NCBI GenBank assembly: GCA_001179505.1
Contig: CDMY01000436.1
Span: 315,607-379,606, forward strand
Source of the DNA: Vitrella brassicaformis CCMP3155
Taxonomy: Eukaryota; Protista; Chromerida
Length of the DNA: 64,000 bases
Direction: 5' to 3'
The notes beneath the pieces were generated by a model. The model ran no database searches, was not told the DNA's origin, and saw only the letters and a list, made by a program, of their open reading frames with translations. How positions within the stretch are numbered: position 1 is the stretch's first letter; the number at the start of each line of letters is the position of its first letter. The position numbers were made by a program, and so were the translations under genes. Of the stretch, positions 1 through 12,423 are shown in pieces.

Positions 1-1985
1 GTCCATGTGGTGACTGAGGTGCATACGCATTGAGTGGGGGCGAGGGCGGGTGGATAGCCTCCAGCTCGACGGCAACCGCACTCGCACTGTCGCTGCTGCT
101 CGGGTCGGAGTGCACATGCTGGCCCTCAGTCGCCTCCTCTCCCTTCTCAGGAACCTCAACCACCTGCATGGCACACAGACAGACAGACAGACAGATTACA
201 TGTACGTATGTTATCCGTGCCGGCCGATGTGATGTGTCCGTCCGTCCATGCATCACTTAGACGGCCTGCTTCTCTGTGTGTGTGCAACCTGCCTCATTTA
301 CCATTTGATGAATCACAGTGTCGGTGTCGCTGGGCGTGTCGTCAGCCACCTCGCCCTCTCCCTCTCCCTCGGCCGCAGCAGCACCGACCTCTCCGTCCTC
401 TACGACCGCGGATGCCCCCTGCTCGGCCTCTCCCTGGGGCTCTTCTGCAGACGTCTCGGCGTCCTGTGGCTGGGCTGCCGGGTCTGCGATGGTGGCTGTG
501 GGCTCGCCCTGGTCGGCGATCTCCTCCTGCTGTGGAGGCTGCTGGTCGGGCTCGTGGATGATCAGAGTGGTCTTGTGGAGGGTGGTGAGATCGGCCGGGA
601 CTTGAACCATACCCTGCAATTCCATCCCAGTGACCGTTCTTCCTGACTGACTGACCATTGTCATGGGGCTGTAGTGCTCCTCGAGCGACGGTGACCACGT
701 GACGTCGCCGACGCGCTTGGTGAGGCGGGGTATCATGAGCCAGTCGCGATCCGTGGCGGACACATCCAGACCAAACACTGTGGGCTGGCACAACTGCAGG
801 GACACACGCGAAAGATGAGATGCACCAGTGCTTATATTTACACGCACCCACGGTGTGTGTGACATGACTTGACAGCTTCGATCTGCCTCGCTGGCTCGCC
901 ACAAATGCATAGCTGTCTGTCTGTCTGTCTGTCTGTCTGTGCATATAATATGTACCTCCCTACCTTCAGAATGAGGTCGCTGAAGTGAACTGTGGTGGTT
1001 GAAGTGGAAGGCGGCACCTAGCTGACGCTCATCACGTTGTCGTCGTCGTGCAACGGCTCGCTGTGGTGAACTGTGGCCAATCCGCACTCGTCCTGCAATG
1101 CAACCACACACACACCAAACCACACACCAAACCATCGATTCACATGACATGCGTGTGGGTGGGTTGTTGGAGGGGGGCTGTGCTGTGCTGTGCTGTGCTG
1201 TGCGTACATACATACATACATACATACCGCAACGGGCGCCTTGCGTCGCTCATCCTTGGCATCCCGCAACCTACACACGTGCATCCATCCATCCATCCAT
1301 CATACATATACATACATATATACAATACATATGCACCCATCCTTGTGCCCGCAGCGGTATGTATGTATGTATCACTGCACTGCTCACAGGCGGAACGCGC
1401 GACGCTCGAGTGCGCGCATCATTCCGTCGACGAGGAACTGGGGCCCAGCTGATTGAGCAAGACAAGAGACACAACGCACGCAGAGCACAACGCCCGATGC
1501 ATGCATGCAGAGAAAGTGTTGTGTTGGGTTGGATTACACACATCTTATCAATCATCTGCCCTTCCTTCGTGTACGTCTGTCGCTCTCACCACGCCAGTAG
1601 ATGTACCGCCGCAGGTCGTCATGAGCTTCCACGTATATCCACGTCAGGTAGCTCACCTTGGCCTGCTCCTGTGGTGTCAGCTCGAGCCTCCTCTTCCCTC
1701 GCGACCTCTCCCTCATATCCCTCGTAACCCCTCGTTCGATGCCTGCAAGAAATGCACCACAGCACAGACGGTGGCGGTGAGGGGTGGCGGTGGGTGCGTC
1801 TACAGGGCTCTCCTGGAAACATAAGCGACAAATATCAGATGACTTGAGCGGTGTGTTCCTGTATGTGCGTCCGTGGATGCCTCACTCACCACGTGGTAGA
1901 TGACAGTGTCGGCATCGCTGAGCGTCTCATCAAACTCCTGTACACAGCCAACAGACACGTCGCATGACATCCCTGCCTTACCAGA
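1..1985 (-). CDS. Partial multi-exon gene of unknown function running off the left edge; shares exon modules with the neighbouring kinase
   Basis: GT-AG-bounded open segments: GPQFLVDGMMRALERRAFR (~1450-1390), FGLDVSATDRDWLMIPRLTKRVGDVTWSP (~798-660), acidic QQPPQQEEIADQGE...SDTDTVIHQM (~628-300), VVEVPEKGEEATEG (~170-1). No recognisable domain; full exon chain not resolved. Confidence 0.4.
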
Positions 1986-2254
1986 TGGATTTCGTCTGCA
2001 GCAGGCGCCTCCTCGGCCGACTCAACGGGAACATTTCCAGCGCCCAAACACGTGCAAGTCTTTCCACAAACACAGCAGTAGCACAGCATGTTTGTCGTGT
2101 ACCATATGTCTGCTTGCGTACCCGCCGTGTGTGTGTCAGGTCGACACCCCTAAACACGAACACCTGGGTGCCACTGATCAGTGCAGAGTGTCTGAATTAC
2201 ATCCCCACACCAAGGGACGAATGCCTTTGGAATGCAGTGTGTTGTGTTGTGATG

Positions 2255-3185
2255 TGATGTGTTGTGTTGTGTTCGTGTGGTGTGTACCCATATCTAGGAC
2301 AGGGCGTGTTGGCTCTCGGCAGTATCTTGAACCACTCGTTCGAAGATACATCGTCTTCGTAGAGATCCGCCAATGTCTCGGGACCCTTGCAGCCACCGTA
2401 CACATACCTGCAGACGCGACACATAACAGTTCATTCCATTTTCTCCCCCACTCGTACGTCTACCGTATCTCACCAGGTCCGCGGAGGAAGCGTCGGAATG
2501 CAAGATACAAAGCTCAATGATATAAAATGTAGGCACCGATTGCCTGGAGACACACGGAGACACAGAGTGGCCCAGTCTCATCTCGTTCATCTTTATGTCG
2601 CTACAGGCTCTTCTGCGGGCATCTCGCCCTCCTGTGGCTCGCCCGGGAGCTGCTGGTCTGGCGGGTCTGTGTCGGTGGCGGTGCCGGCGAGCTCTATCAT
2701 CCCGTATCCCCTCCTTCTACATTCCTCGATCATCCTTTCGACGTCTTCTATCGTGCCCAGGTCCTCTTCATCTCCCACTATGGCCACTCGTGAGCTGTTG
2801 TCTGGTGTTGTCGTATGCCGCCCACAGCACCTCGGGCGCACAGTAGGACCACGTCCCCTGAATGTGTCAAAGAGGGGAGGGGTGATGAGAGAAGACACAT
2901 ACAGATGGATGGATGGATGGATGATGGTCGTACTGACCTGCAAGTCGTTCGCTCGCACGGTGTGCTCTCGCCCATTGGCCTGGACCTTATACCGCTTTAA
3001 GTGGCCGAAGTCGCAGAGCTGACCCAAAGGAACGCCACACGCACACCACATCACCACATCAACACACATCGACAGAACCCACTCGTACGTCCACCGTATC
3101 TTACCAGGTACGTTAAGGAAGCGTCGGAATGCAAGATGCAAAGCTCAATGGTATAAAATGTAGGCACCGATTGCCTGGAGACACA
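2255..3185 (-). pseudogene. Scrambled partial duplicates of kinase exons
   Basis: 2255-2795 is near-identical to 4855-5398; 2815-3080 is near-identical to 4206-4471; 3081-3185 is a more diverged copy of 5050-5155. The APE exon copy runs into a stop (GTWSYCAPEVLWAAYDNTRQQLTSGHSGR*), and the donor after the alphaE-region exon reads AT (2291-2292) where the main copy has GT. Confidence 0.7.
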
Positions 3186-3235
3186 TCAAGAAACAAGACA
3201 GATGGAATGTGTGTGTGTACGTCCCCCTCACTCAC

Positions 3236-6080
3236 TAGCTGTGCCTCTAGTGCATTCCTCATCTTCGCCGCCGCCCGCCTCTCTTGCCGCCGTGTCGCCC
3301 TCTCCTCCCGCTCCCTCTCGGCCCGCTCTCGCTGCTCCGCCTTCCATTCGATAGCCTCCTGCAGTCGGCGGTCCCTCCTCCTCGCCTTCCTGCGCTGCCT
3401 CTTCTCCCTCTCCTTCTCCCTCTTGGCAGCCGCTGGCTGGCGTGGCGGGTGTGCGATGTGGATGGCGGTGGCGGTGCGTGCGAATGGACGGCTCTCCTGC
3501 ACACATATATAAACAACAGAGGTCAGGTGACTTTGGCGGTGTGCTTCTGTGTCCGTTTGTGGATGCCTCACTCACCATGTGGTGGATGACAGTGTCGGTA
3601 TCGCTGAGCGTGTCAGCAGCCGACTCAAACACCTGCACACAGCCAACAGACACTTTAAATGACATCCCTGCCGATATGTGTGTGCTGGGCGTTTCTCTCC
3701 CTCACCAGGTGCCAAGAGACACACGGAGACCTGGAAGATTCCGGCCATCCAAGAATCCCTGGCGATGACCTCGAATGTCGCTCGAAAGGAGGGCTGCTTA
3801 TGGAGCACCTTGTCGAGGAGCTCGTAGATGTCGTCCTTCTCGTCGCTGGAGAGGTGGGTGGCCCGCTGGTCGGCGTAATCCTCGTAACTGCCCTGTGCAA
3901 TGGTCTGCAAACAAGCAGCACACAAGTGGCCTGCAATTATTGTGTTCCCGAATCTCCCTCTTTGCGTGTCGTTTAAATTCGGTGCGCCCACTTACGTAAT
4001 GCTTGCCTTCCAGTTCCCCGAATGGGAAGGTGCCGAAGAGCATGACGAATAGGGTGGCGCCGAGGGAGAATATGTCGCTCGGGGGGAGCTCGTAAGAGAT
4101 GTAATTCTCCTGGCCAGCCAAGCGACACACACGCGATATAACATGCCCTCTGGGTGTTCGGTGTTTGTTGGTTTACAGGCGCGGTGATGGAGTTGCTGTT
4201 TTCGTGCGCCGCCCACAGCACCTCGGGCGCACAATAGGACCACGTCCCCTGAATGTGTCAAAGAGGAAAGGGGTGATGAGAGAAGACACATACAGATGGA
4301 TGGATGGATGGATGATGGTCGTACTGACCTGCAAGTCGTTCGCTCGCACGGTGTGCTCTCGCCCATTGGCCTGGACCTTATACCGCTTTAAGTGGCCGAA
4401 GTCGCAGAGCTGACCCAAAGGAACGCCACACGCACACCACATCACCACATCAACACACATCGACAGAACCCATGCCCCCTGTGCTGTGCTGTGCTGTGTG
4501 TGTGTGTGGTGGGTGAGCAGCCATCTTACCTTCAGTGTCAGCTGGTGGGGGCTGCTGGCCGCTGCGCTGGGGAGGCTGGAGGAGGATGACGCCGACGGGC
4601 TGGCCTGGGGGGTCTTCTGCCGCTGCTGCTCACCCGCAGTGGCGCTGTCTGACGCCTCGCGAAACAGCAGGCAGTTCTCGGGCTTGATGTCTGACAGACA
4701 GAGACACACATACATATCGATGGATGGATGGATGGATGGATGAGGGAAGAGGGGTGAGGGGTGAAGGTACTTACCTCTGTGTGCCACGCCGTGAATGCAT
4801 TGTGTTGTGTTCTGTCTTACCTCTGTGTGCCACGCCGTGAATGCATTGTGTTGTGTTCTGTTGTGTTGTGTTCGTGTGGTGTGTACCCATACCTAGGACA
4901 GGGCGTGTTGGCTCTTGGCAGTATCTTGAACCACTCGTTCGAAGATACATCGTCTTCGTAGAGATCCGCTAATGTCTCGGGACCCTTGCAGCCACCGTAC
5001 ACATACCTGCAGACGCGACACATAACACTTCATTCCATTTTCTCCCCCACTCGTACGTCTACCGTATCTCACCAGGTCCGCGGAGGAAGCGTCGGAATGC
5101 AAGATACAAAGCTCAATGATATAAAATGTAGGCACCGATTGCCTGGAGACACACGGAGACACAGAGTGGCCCAGTCTCATCTCGTTCATCTTTATGTCGC
5201 TACAGGCTCTTCTGCGGGCATCTCGCCCTCCTGTGGCTCGCCCGGGAGCTGCTGGTCTGGCGGGTCTGTGTCGGTGGCGGTGCCGGCGAGCTCTATCATC
5301 CCGTATCCCCTCCTCCTACATTCCTCGATCATCCTTTCGACGTCTTCTATCGTGCCCAGGTCGTCGTCGTCCCCTACTATGGCGACTCGTGAGCTGTCGT
5401 CCGGCGGAAGGGGAGCGGGTCGTCATCACCCACTTTTTTCACTGCAGTTTCAGGGAGCACCCAGGTGCCGACGTCGTCTCCTGTGTGGTGGGGCGGCGCA
5501 GCGGACCTGTGGCCTTCAGACTGCATGCATATACACAGCGTACAGGGCAACATACCACACACACATACGCATCCATCGATGTCTGCGTGGCGGTATCTCT
5601 GCTCACAGGCGGAATGCTTGTCGCTGCCGGGCTCGCATCATAGAGTACATGAACACGCGCACGCCAACTGATCGCGCGAAAGAAATGGACAGCACACGGC
5701 ATCGTGCTTAGTTCGCACTCGCCTGGCACCACTCGTGCGCATGCATGTTGCTTCTCACCCGGTCCATACACACATCGGCGGAGGGAGGCCTCGAACTCTA
5801 CATGAATGTGGGTGATGTACTTGGCTTGCGCCAGCTGCAGAGGGGTCAGTGGCTTGTTCTTCTTCGATTTCCTCTTCAGGTCCGCCACAACATTCCTCTC
5901 AACTTCTGCAAGAGGCACAACACATTCTCAACATGGTTCAGTTGATGCGGCGCGCGTCATGTCAGAATGTTAGCTGGTAGTGCTGTGTATACTTTTCGTC
6001 AAGCGCCTCGTGCGTTCCATCTCGCTCAGCATTCCTGGGCGGTCCATCTCGCTCGTCTGGGAGGTTTCTTTTGTGTCCAT
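3236..6080 (-). CDS. Ser/Thr protein kinase with C-terminal charged coiled-coil; N-lobe splicing unresolved, possibly disabled
   Basis: The C-lobe splices in frame: CIHGVAHR|DIKPENCLL, LCDFGHLK, GTWSYCAPEVLW, SDIFSLGATLFVMLFGTFPF, ELLDKVLHKQPSFRATFEVIARDSW, followed by a KREKEREKRQRRK coiled-coil (3500-3236). Candidate N-lobe motifs are TAVKKV (~5440), DVERMIEEC and FYIIELC, but I could not join them without phase conflicts or a TAG. Confidence 0.7.
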
Positions 6081-6626
6081 CATATCCGACGAAGATGTAT
6101 GCAGTGGTGCCGTGCAGCACCATGCTGTGGTCAGTGCGGGGGCGGCGCTCATCGGCAGCGGGCGATCTCGGCAGCGGGCGATGTCGAACACGTGCACGTC
6201 GTTGAAGGCTAGCACGTGCTGTGGATTAAGTGTTGAGGGAGGAGGACGTCGTATGTTTCCAAACGAAGTTTAAACTACATGTAATTGGCCGTCTCGAAAA
6301 TTGGCCGTCTCGAATGATAATTCTCGCCGCGCGATTTCTCGCCGGACTTCCTCAGCTTTTGTGTCCCTGTCCGTAGAGACAGCGAGAACACGTGAAGCAC
6401 TAGGCCAGAGTCGCATCGCATGAAGGCAGAATACATGTGAGTGGCACTCGGTGACCGTGCCACTGAGTGCATGCCTTTCTCTCCGGCTGCGCGGGAACAC
6501 CGCAAGTCAGATTCTGTACAAACGGGTCACATGCACACACTCAGCTAGAAGGCAGGCGCCATCCATCCATCCATCCATCCATCCATCCACCCATGTATCC
6601 ATCAGTCAAATGTATGCATGCATCGA

Positions 6627-9600
6627 TCATGCCTTGACCAGTGACTTGTAGCAGATGAGAATGAACAGGATGATGAACACCGAGTTGACGCAGAACCGGA
6701 GGTGGCTGGTCCCCATCTCCACACGCGGCAGCCCCAGCAGCTTGGCCATACGCTCGGATGAGTCTACTTGCAGGAATGTCAGCATCGCATTCCAATTGAA
6801 CGAAAAAACTGCACCACCCACACACACAAACCATTCACCACACGTCTGTATATGAGGCCATCCTTGCACTCCTGTGTGTGTGGTCACCACATAGGGCTGC
6901 GATGCCCAGGAGTTCCATCCATGGGAATGCGAGTGAGTCGCCGCGGCGGGCCGACGCGTCCCCCTGGTGCACAAGAGTGAAGTAGTTGGTCGCCTCGTTG
7001 AACACACGGGCGTTGCGCTCTGCGCTCCGCAGCGAACCCACCAACCGCGCCTGCATGAAAGCCATGCCACCTGGTGATTGGGTGCCCGACCGTTCGATCG
7101 TCGTTACCTTTATTTCGAGGTATCTGGCTGGCCTCTCCCTCTTCAGTCGCGCAAAGTCGCCATATATGTCCAGATCAGCCAGGGCCCGCTCAGCGTCCTG
7201 CAACAACACGAGATATGAGCACGATGGGAGTCTGCCCACGGATCGCTGCGTGGTGGCTGACCTCTTCCAGCGACGCAGAGAGGTTGCGGTGGGTAGCTGT
7301 TGCAGGCGGTGTTGGTGTTGACGAAGGCCCACCAGTCACCTCGTCGCTCTGCGCCACATGAGACCTGACAAGTAAGACAGGCACAGGCAAGAAACAATCC
7401 AGAAATGTTTTGATGATCGCTGGCGGGCCCTGACCTGGTTGATGGCTGTCTGTGTCTGATCTGACTGTCGCCGTCCGTCCTCTTGTCATGGGTGAGAGAG
7501 GGCATCACGGTCTCTGTCGCAGCTGTGCCAGGCTCGCCGGCCTCTTTCTTGGCATTCTTGTCGTTGGTCTTGGCGTCGATGGCCTCGAGGCCTGTGGGGA
7601 TAGAGAGCCGCTTGTGCAGCACCTGCATTGAGTGAACACCGAAGGGATGTATATGAGAGGACACTCGCTGCCTTGGCCACCGACGGGGTATAGGCTGCGA
7701 TGCCCGCACGCAATGGCCACCTCTGCAAGATAGCTACAGCCTGGCAGAAGAGGAAAGGTGAGTCCTGACGACCAGCTGTCAGTGCTCCTCTATCTGCGTC
7801 ACCTGTCACGTTGTCTGCGAGCAGCAGCACGTCGATCCAGTTGGTGCTGCTCACACGACCCACCAGCAGGTGCTGCACATACCAGACCAGCCTCTCGTCA
7901 CCCAGCCTGATAAGACAGGACAGCGAGAAACACATGGGTGAATGAGTGGGTTTGTCACCTGCAGGCCAGGATGATCAGCTGCCGCAATGTGGAGGTCGGT
8001 AGACGCCGATCGTACGCTACGTCAGCCTGATCAAACACAACACGGAAACTCACGCGACAGTTGACATGCCCGATTTCTTCTTCTCACCTCCAGTGTTTGC
8101 AGATAGGCAAAGCGCACCACCCGAAGCACGTTCTCCCTGCTCATGTCCGCCACACTGACCACATACCGCACGTGCACGCCTCTATCCCTGGCGGTCTTGA
8201 CCAGCCCCACCACTCGCCCATCTGCCGCACCATGCCCCTCCCCCTCCCGCCCTCCCTGCCCATGGCGGTTGACGCTCGTCACCGGATAGTAACTGGAGGT
8301 GCTCGTCTCATAGGTCGTCACTCTGACACCCCCTTCACGCTTCTTCCCCAGTTTTTCCTTGGCATATGCCTCCTCTTTGCTCCAGTGGGTATCGACGAGG
8401 CCAATCGGGAGCAGCATGGGATAGGCGGACGCGAGTAGAAATGAGTGGGCCATCACGGCGGCGGAGGTGGCGTCAGCATCGGGCTTGTGGTGGCACAGGA
8501 GAAGAGTGTCGACGTCGTGGTGGAAGCCCTTGGAGGTCATGTAGGCTGCGAAGCGGCTCGTGGGATCGAAGGGAGGGGGAGGGATGGGCAGGGGAGGTGA
8601 TGGGGCGTCCGGCTGGTCACTCAGCAAAAGCGCCGTTCGCTCAGTGAAGGCGTACAGTGACGCGAGGAGGGCTGGAACGGTCGACGGCGGGACATCAACC
8701 AGCGGTTGCGCCTCCGCCGCTAGGGCCTTGAGCCGGTGCAGCTTGAGCCGGGCAGCCACTCGACACAGGCCGTCCACGTCCATGTCCCCCAGCCCATCCC
8801 TCGGCAGCCTATCGGTATAGAGGAAGAAGACTAGTGCGTGGAGGGACTGTGGCGACAGCTCTCTCAGCAACGATGCCGCTTGGCTATCGCTTGGCTTCTG
8901 CTGCGTCGCTGCGGCTGTCTTTGCTGCCTTTGCCCGCTCTCGATATATCTCATTGGCCAGTTCGATCAGCTCCTGGCCCTCCGTGCCCCCACTTTCGTCC
9001 TCATTTGCAGATGGCTCCTCAGCAATGCTGTCAAGACCGCCTGGCTTGCTGGCACGCGACTGAAGAGGCTGGCTGGCTGACGAGGGGCTCGGGTGAGTGG
9101 GGTGTGGGTCTGCCCGGCGGGTGAAGGCCTCGACTATAGCGGGACATCGCACTTGCAGAAAGGCTGACGTGGACAGATAAGGAACAGCGAGATGGTCTAG
9201 TCTGGTCTGGTCTGTGTGTGTATTTCGTTTGTCGGTGTACCTGAGTGCGCATAGACTCTGCAGCCGTCGGGCAGCTCATAGAAGACGTCACCAGTCCGAT
9301 CAGCACCTGATAGAGGACCAGCAGCAGTGGCACCTCAGGGACGACATGGCCTGTCGTGGCTTGCTTACTTTCGAGCGTTTTCTCCAGCAGTGTGGTAACT
9401 TTGCCGCCCGCAAAGCTGTGCCAGCCGCCAGCCGCCACACTCTCAAAACCCAACAGAGGAAGATGCACCTGCCAACACATGCCCAACGCATACACGCACT
9501 TGCTGACGGCCTCTTGTGAGCTTTCTCACCAATCTGGGCATCCAGTGATGGCACGGCTCGTCGCGTCCCTCATGCCATCCCTGTTCTTCCTCTAGGCGAT

Positions 9601-11500
9601 CACTGGTAGCCGGCGGTGGACGTGCGGCCGTGTGTGAGGGGCTTCCCCACGCAAACAGCATTCCTGAAGGACAGGAACCGAATACACATAATGCGCAGCG
9701 GGCGGTGGTGTGGCGGTGTGGTCTGATGGCTTGTCTGAACGGCTTGCTTGCCTTGTGCAGTGAGTGCGATGGAGTGAGTGAAGGCGCCACTGATCGAGCG
9801 CACCTCGCAGTCCCGCAGACACAGCACCTGCTTGGGCGTGACCCACGGAAACGAACACGGCGAAATGCGAAAATGGGCCGCAAAGCCTACCTGCAAACAG
9901 CACACGTCTGTGAACACGTCATAGCCAGGTCGTTCCTCTATCACCAGCTCATTGGCTTCTGCGAGTGTCCCATGTCCCAGGGTGGGTCCGCCGCATGCGC
10001 CCCATGTGAAAAGTCGGCCCTGGCTGTCGACGGCCATCGAGTGGGACTCGCCGCACGACACGAGGCGGAACCGGCTGCCCTCCTGGGTGGCACTCCACGG
10101 GTCGCGGACGCGCCTCGGCTCGAAACTATCCTGACAGCATACATCAATCGCCCATCGTGGTCAAAGGTAAAGATGCTGTGGCGCGTTTGTGTGTGTACAT
10201 ACCACTAGGTCGCCGATGCCCAGCTGGCCACGCGCATTCTCGCCCCTGCAGGGCACGGACAGAAGAAAGAGTCGTCGCCTGCCGTGTGGGAATACGTGTG
10301 TACCATGAGTATAGGGCCCCCTGTGAAGATATGGCAAGGCAGTGTGCAGCACCGGCAGACACACTCGACACAACCACACCCTTCAGCCCTGCACAAACAC
10401 GCAAATACCGACCGCTCCACATCATCGACCCATTGGATCATGCTCTCCTACCATACCTTCCACAGGTGCGGGGTACAGCTGGTTCGGGCCAGCCACACGA
10501 TACCCAAGACGACCTGCAACACACACAGACACATGGTATGGTAAGCATGTGCGTGGATGCACTCCTGCAGCCCCTCACCGCTGGCAGCCATCCCCCACGT
10601 GTAGACGCGTCCCCCCTCCGTCAGAGCCACGGAGAACCCAGACCTGTCAACAAACAGACAAGTGGAATCACAGGTCACATCGACACTTAGAGGCCATACC
10701 CGGCTGCGATTTGCGCGACGCGCGTGTGTCGCAGGTCATCAATGGGCGACGGATGGCTGACGTGGTCCTTCTCCACACCCAGGCCTGTCGCTGGTCCAAA
10801 CCCCCAGGCCCACACACGGCCACACCGACTCAACGCCAAGGTGTGGGCACCTGACACACACACATTATGCACAGAAGAAAGCATACAATCGACGGATGCA
10901 TCACAGTAAGCCAGGCAGTGCGTCCTATCATCCATCCATCCATCCATCTCACTCACCGAGCATCCCCCCTCCCGCGGCGACCGACATTATGGCTGTCTTA
11001 GGCGGGAAGGCCACTGGCGGGGGCGTGAAACAGCCACGGGACAGGGGAGATGGCTTGGCCACCGACTCATCTTTCTTGTCAGTATCCGTGCTGGCTAAGG
11101 GGCCTGCCGTGCCTGCAAGGCAAGGAAAGAGCGAATGGATGATGGATGAGCGGCTGCAGCCGCGCTCACCCAGGCAGCCGGTGACTTGTGAGCCGCACAG
11201 CAAAAGGCCCCCTTGCCGCGTCACCAAACAACTATGGTACCAGCCGCAACACGCAGATATCACCTCGCTGGAAGAGAACAACGAGATGAATCGACAGGGT
11301 ATATCATTGAATGTTGAATGCCGCTGTGTGTGCATTAGTCGTCCTTTCTTGCCTGCCATTGAGAGGGCCGAGTCGTGTGGGGAAGTCGATGTCATCTGAG
11401 TGGCCATGACCCAGCCTGCCATAGCTGCCGCTGCCCCAGCTGTACAGATGTGTCATCGGGGCGCTGCTGGCGACTGAGATGATGGGTCAGATCTCCCCAT
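6627..11500 (-). CDS. RCC1-repeat + tandem BTB/POZ protein with hydrophobic C-terminus
   Basis: Start MGRSDPSS...HLYSWGSGSYGRLGHGHSDD. RCC1 repeats include ISACCGWYHSCL, VSAGAAHCLAI, MSCGESHSMAVDSQGRLFTWG, ISGAFTHSIAL and SVAAGGWHSFA. BTB-like segments: SLHALVFFLYTDRL...LCRVAARLKLHRLKALA and VMAHSFLLAS...VLRVVRFAYLQTL. Ends ...NSVFIILFILICYKSLVKA* at 6627. Confidence 0.8.
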
Positions 11501-11703
11501 AACGATGCCAAAGAGCTTGCATCGCACTATCCCCTGCTTCCGATGAATTGATCTCAACGTAGCATTGCATCGTTGGCCATCGCAAGATCCTGTGAGTCTA
11601 CTTTCAGGCCTCGTTTTCGGCAGTACTCCAAGAGCCTCCGATCGCGAGCTCGCATGAGTGGAAAACTCCCTTCCCCTTGGCTGTTCCTGTCGTTGGAAGC
11701 ATC

Positions 11704-12423
11704 ATGTCGGCGCCTATAGACCCTCACAAGGTGTCCGGCGGCGGTCGTCTGCAGCGGCCAGAGCAGCGGGTGGAGATAGAGAAGGTCAACAACGTCTGGG
11801 GGTCCACGGCCGGCGCCGGGAGTGACTTCTTCCACGTGTACCGCAAGCACCGGCGCATCGAGATGGACCGCCTCAAGAAGATGGACGAGGACTGGGAGGC
11901 GCAGCAGGAGACCGAGGAGATGCTCAAGCGCAAGCAGGACAGGGAGAGGGCGGCCGAGACCGAGAGGCGCAAGAAGGCACAGAGGCGACACAAGCGCAAG
12001 GAGAACAAGGAGCGCGCCAAGGAGCTCAAGAAGACCGCTGAGACCATGAACCAGTTCAAGAACGACGGCTCCTTCCTCGACCAGGTCCTCGCTGACGCCC
12101 CGGCAGCCAGCAGCACTGACCACAAGCGTGACAGCCAAGCGGCAGAGAACGGCACACACACCTCACCCGCTGACCAGCCACCCGCCAAGAGGCCGAGAAC
12201 TGACGACTCATCGGCAGTCCAAGATGGCAGCGAGGAGGAGGCAGCCTCGCTAGATCAGTTGAAGGCGCAGGTGGCCAGCTTCAAGGCGGCTGCCGAGGGT
12301 GAGGGCGGCGGGAAGGGGGAGGCTGCGAGGCCGGCCGGCAAGAACGAGGGTGCGATTCCCAAGAGTGCGGCGCAGATGAGGAGCGACCAAAATTTGGTGG
12401 TGACCGACGAGACCCAGGGATGA
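11704..12423 (+). CDS. PRKRIP1: PRKR-interacting protein 1 homolog (spliceosome C* factor), single exon
   Basis: Signature VNNVWGSTAGAGSDFFHVYRKHRRIEMDRL followed by a K/R/E coiled-coil; uninterrupted ORF. Confidence 0.9.
   Translation: MSAPIDPHKVSGGGRLQRPEQRVEIEKVNNVWGSTAGAGSDFFHVYRKHRRIEMDRLKKMDEDWEAQQETEEMLKRKQDRERAAETERRKKAQRRHKRKENKERAKELKKTAETMNQFKNDGSFLDQVLADAPAASSTDHKRDSQAAENGTHTSPADQPPAKRPRTDDSSAVQDGSEEEAASLDQLKAQVASFKAAAEGEGGGKGEAARPAGKNEGAIPKSAAQMRSDQNLVVTDETQG

Noticed and set aside
2255-5400. Transposon or Helitron capture as the cause of the kinase duplications
   Set aside because: No terminal repeats, target-site duplications, or transposase/RT/Rep-helicase coding sequence seen.
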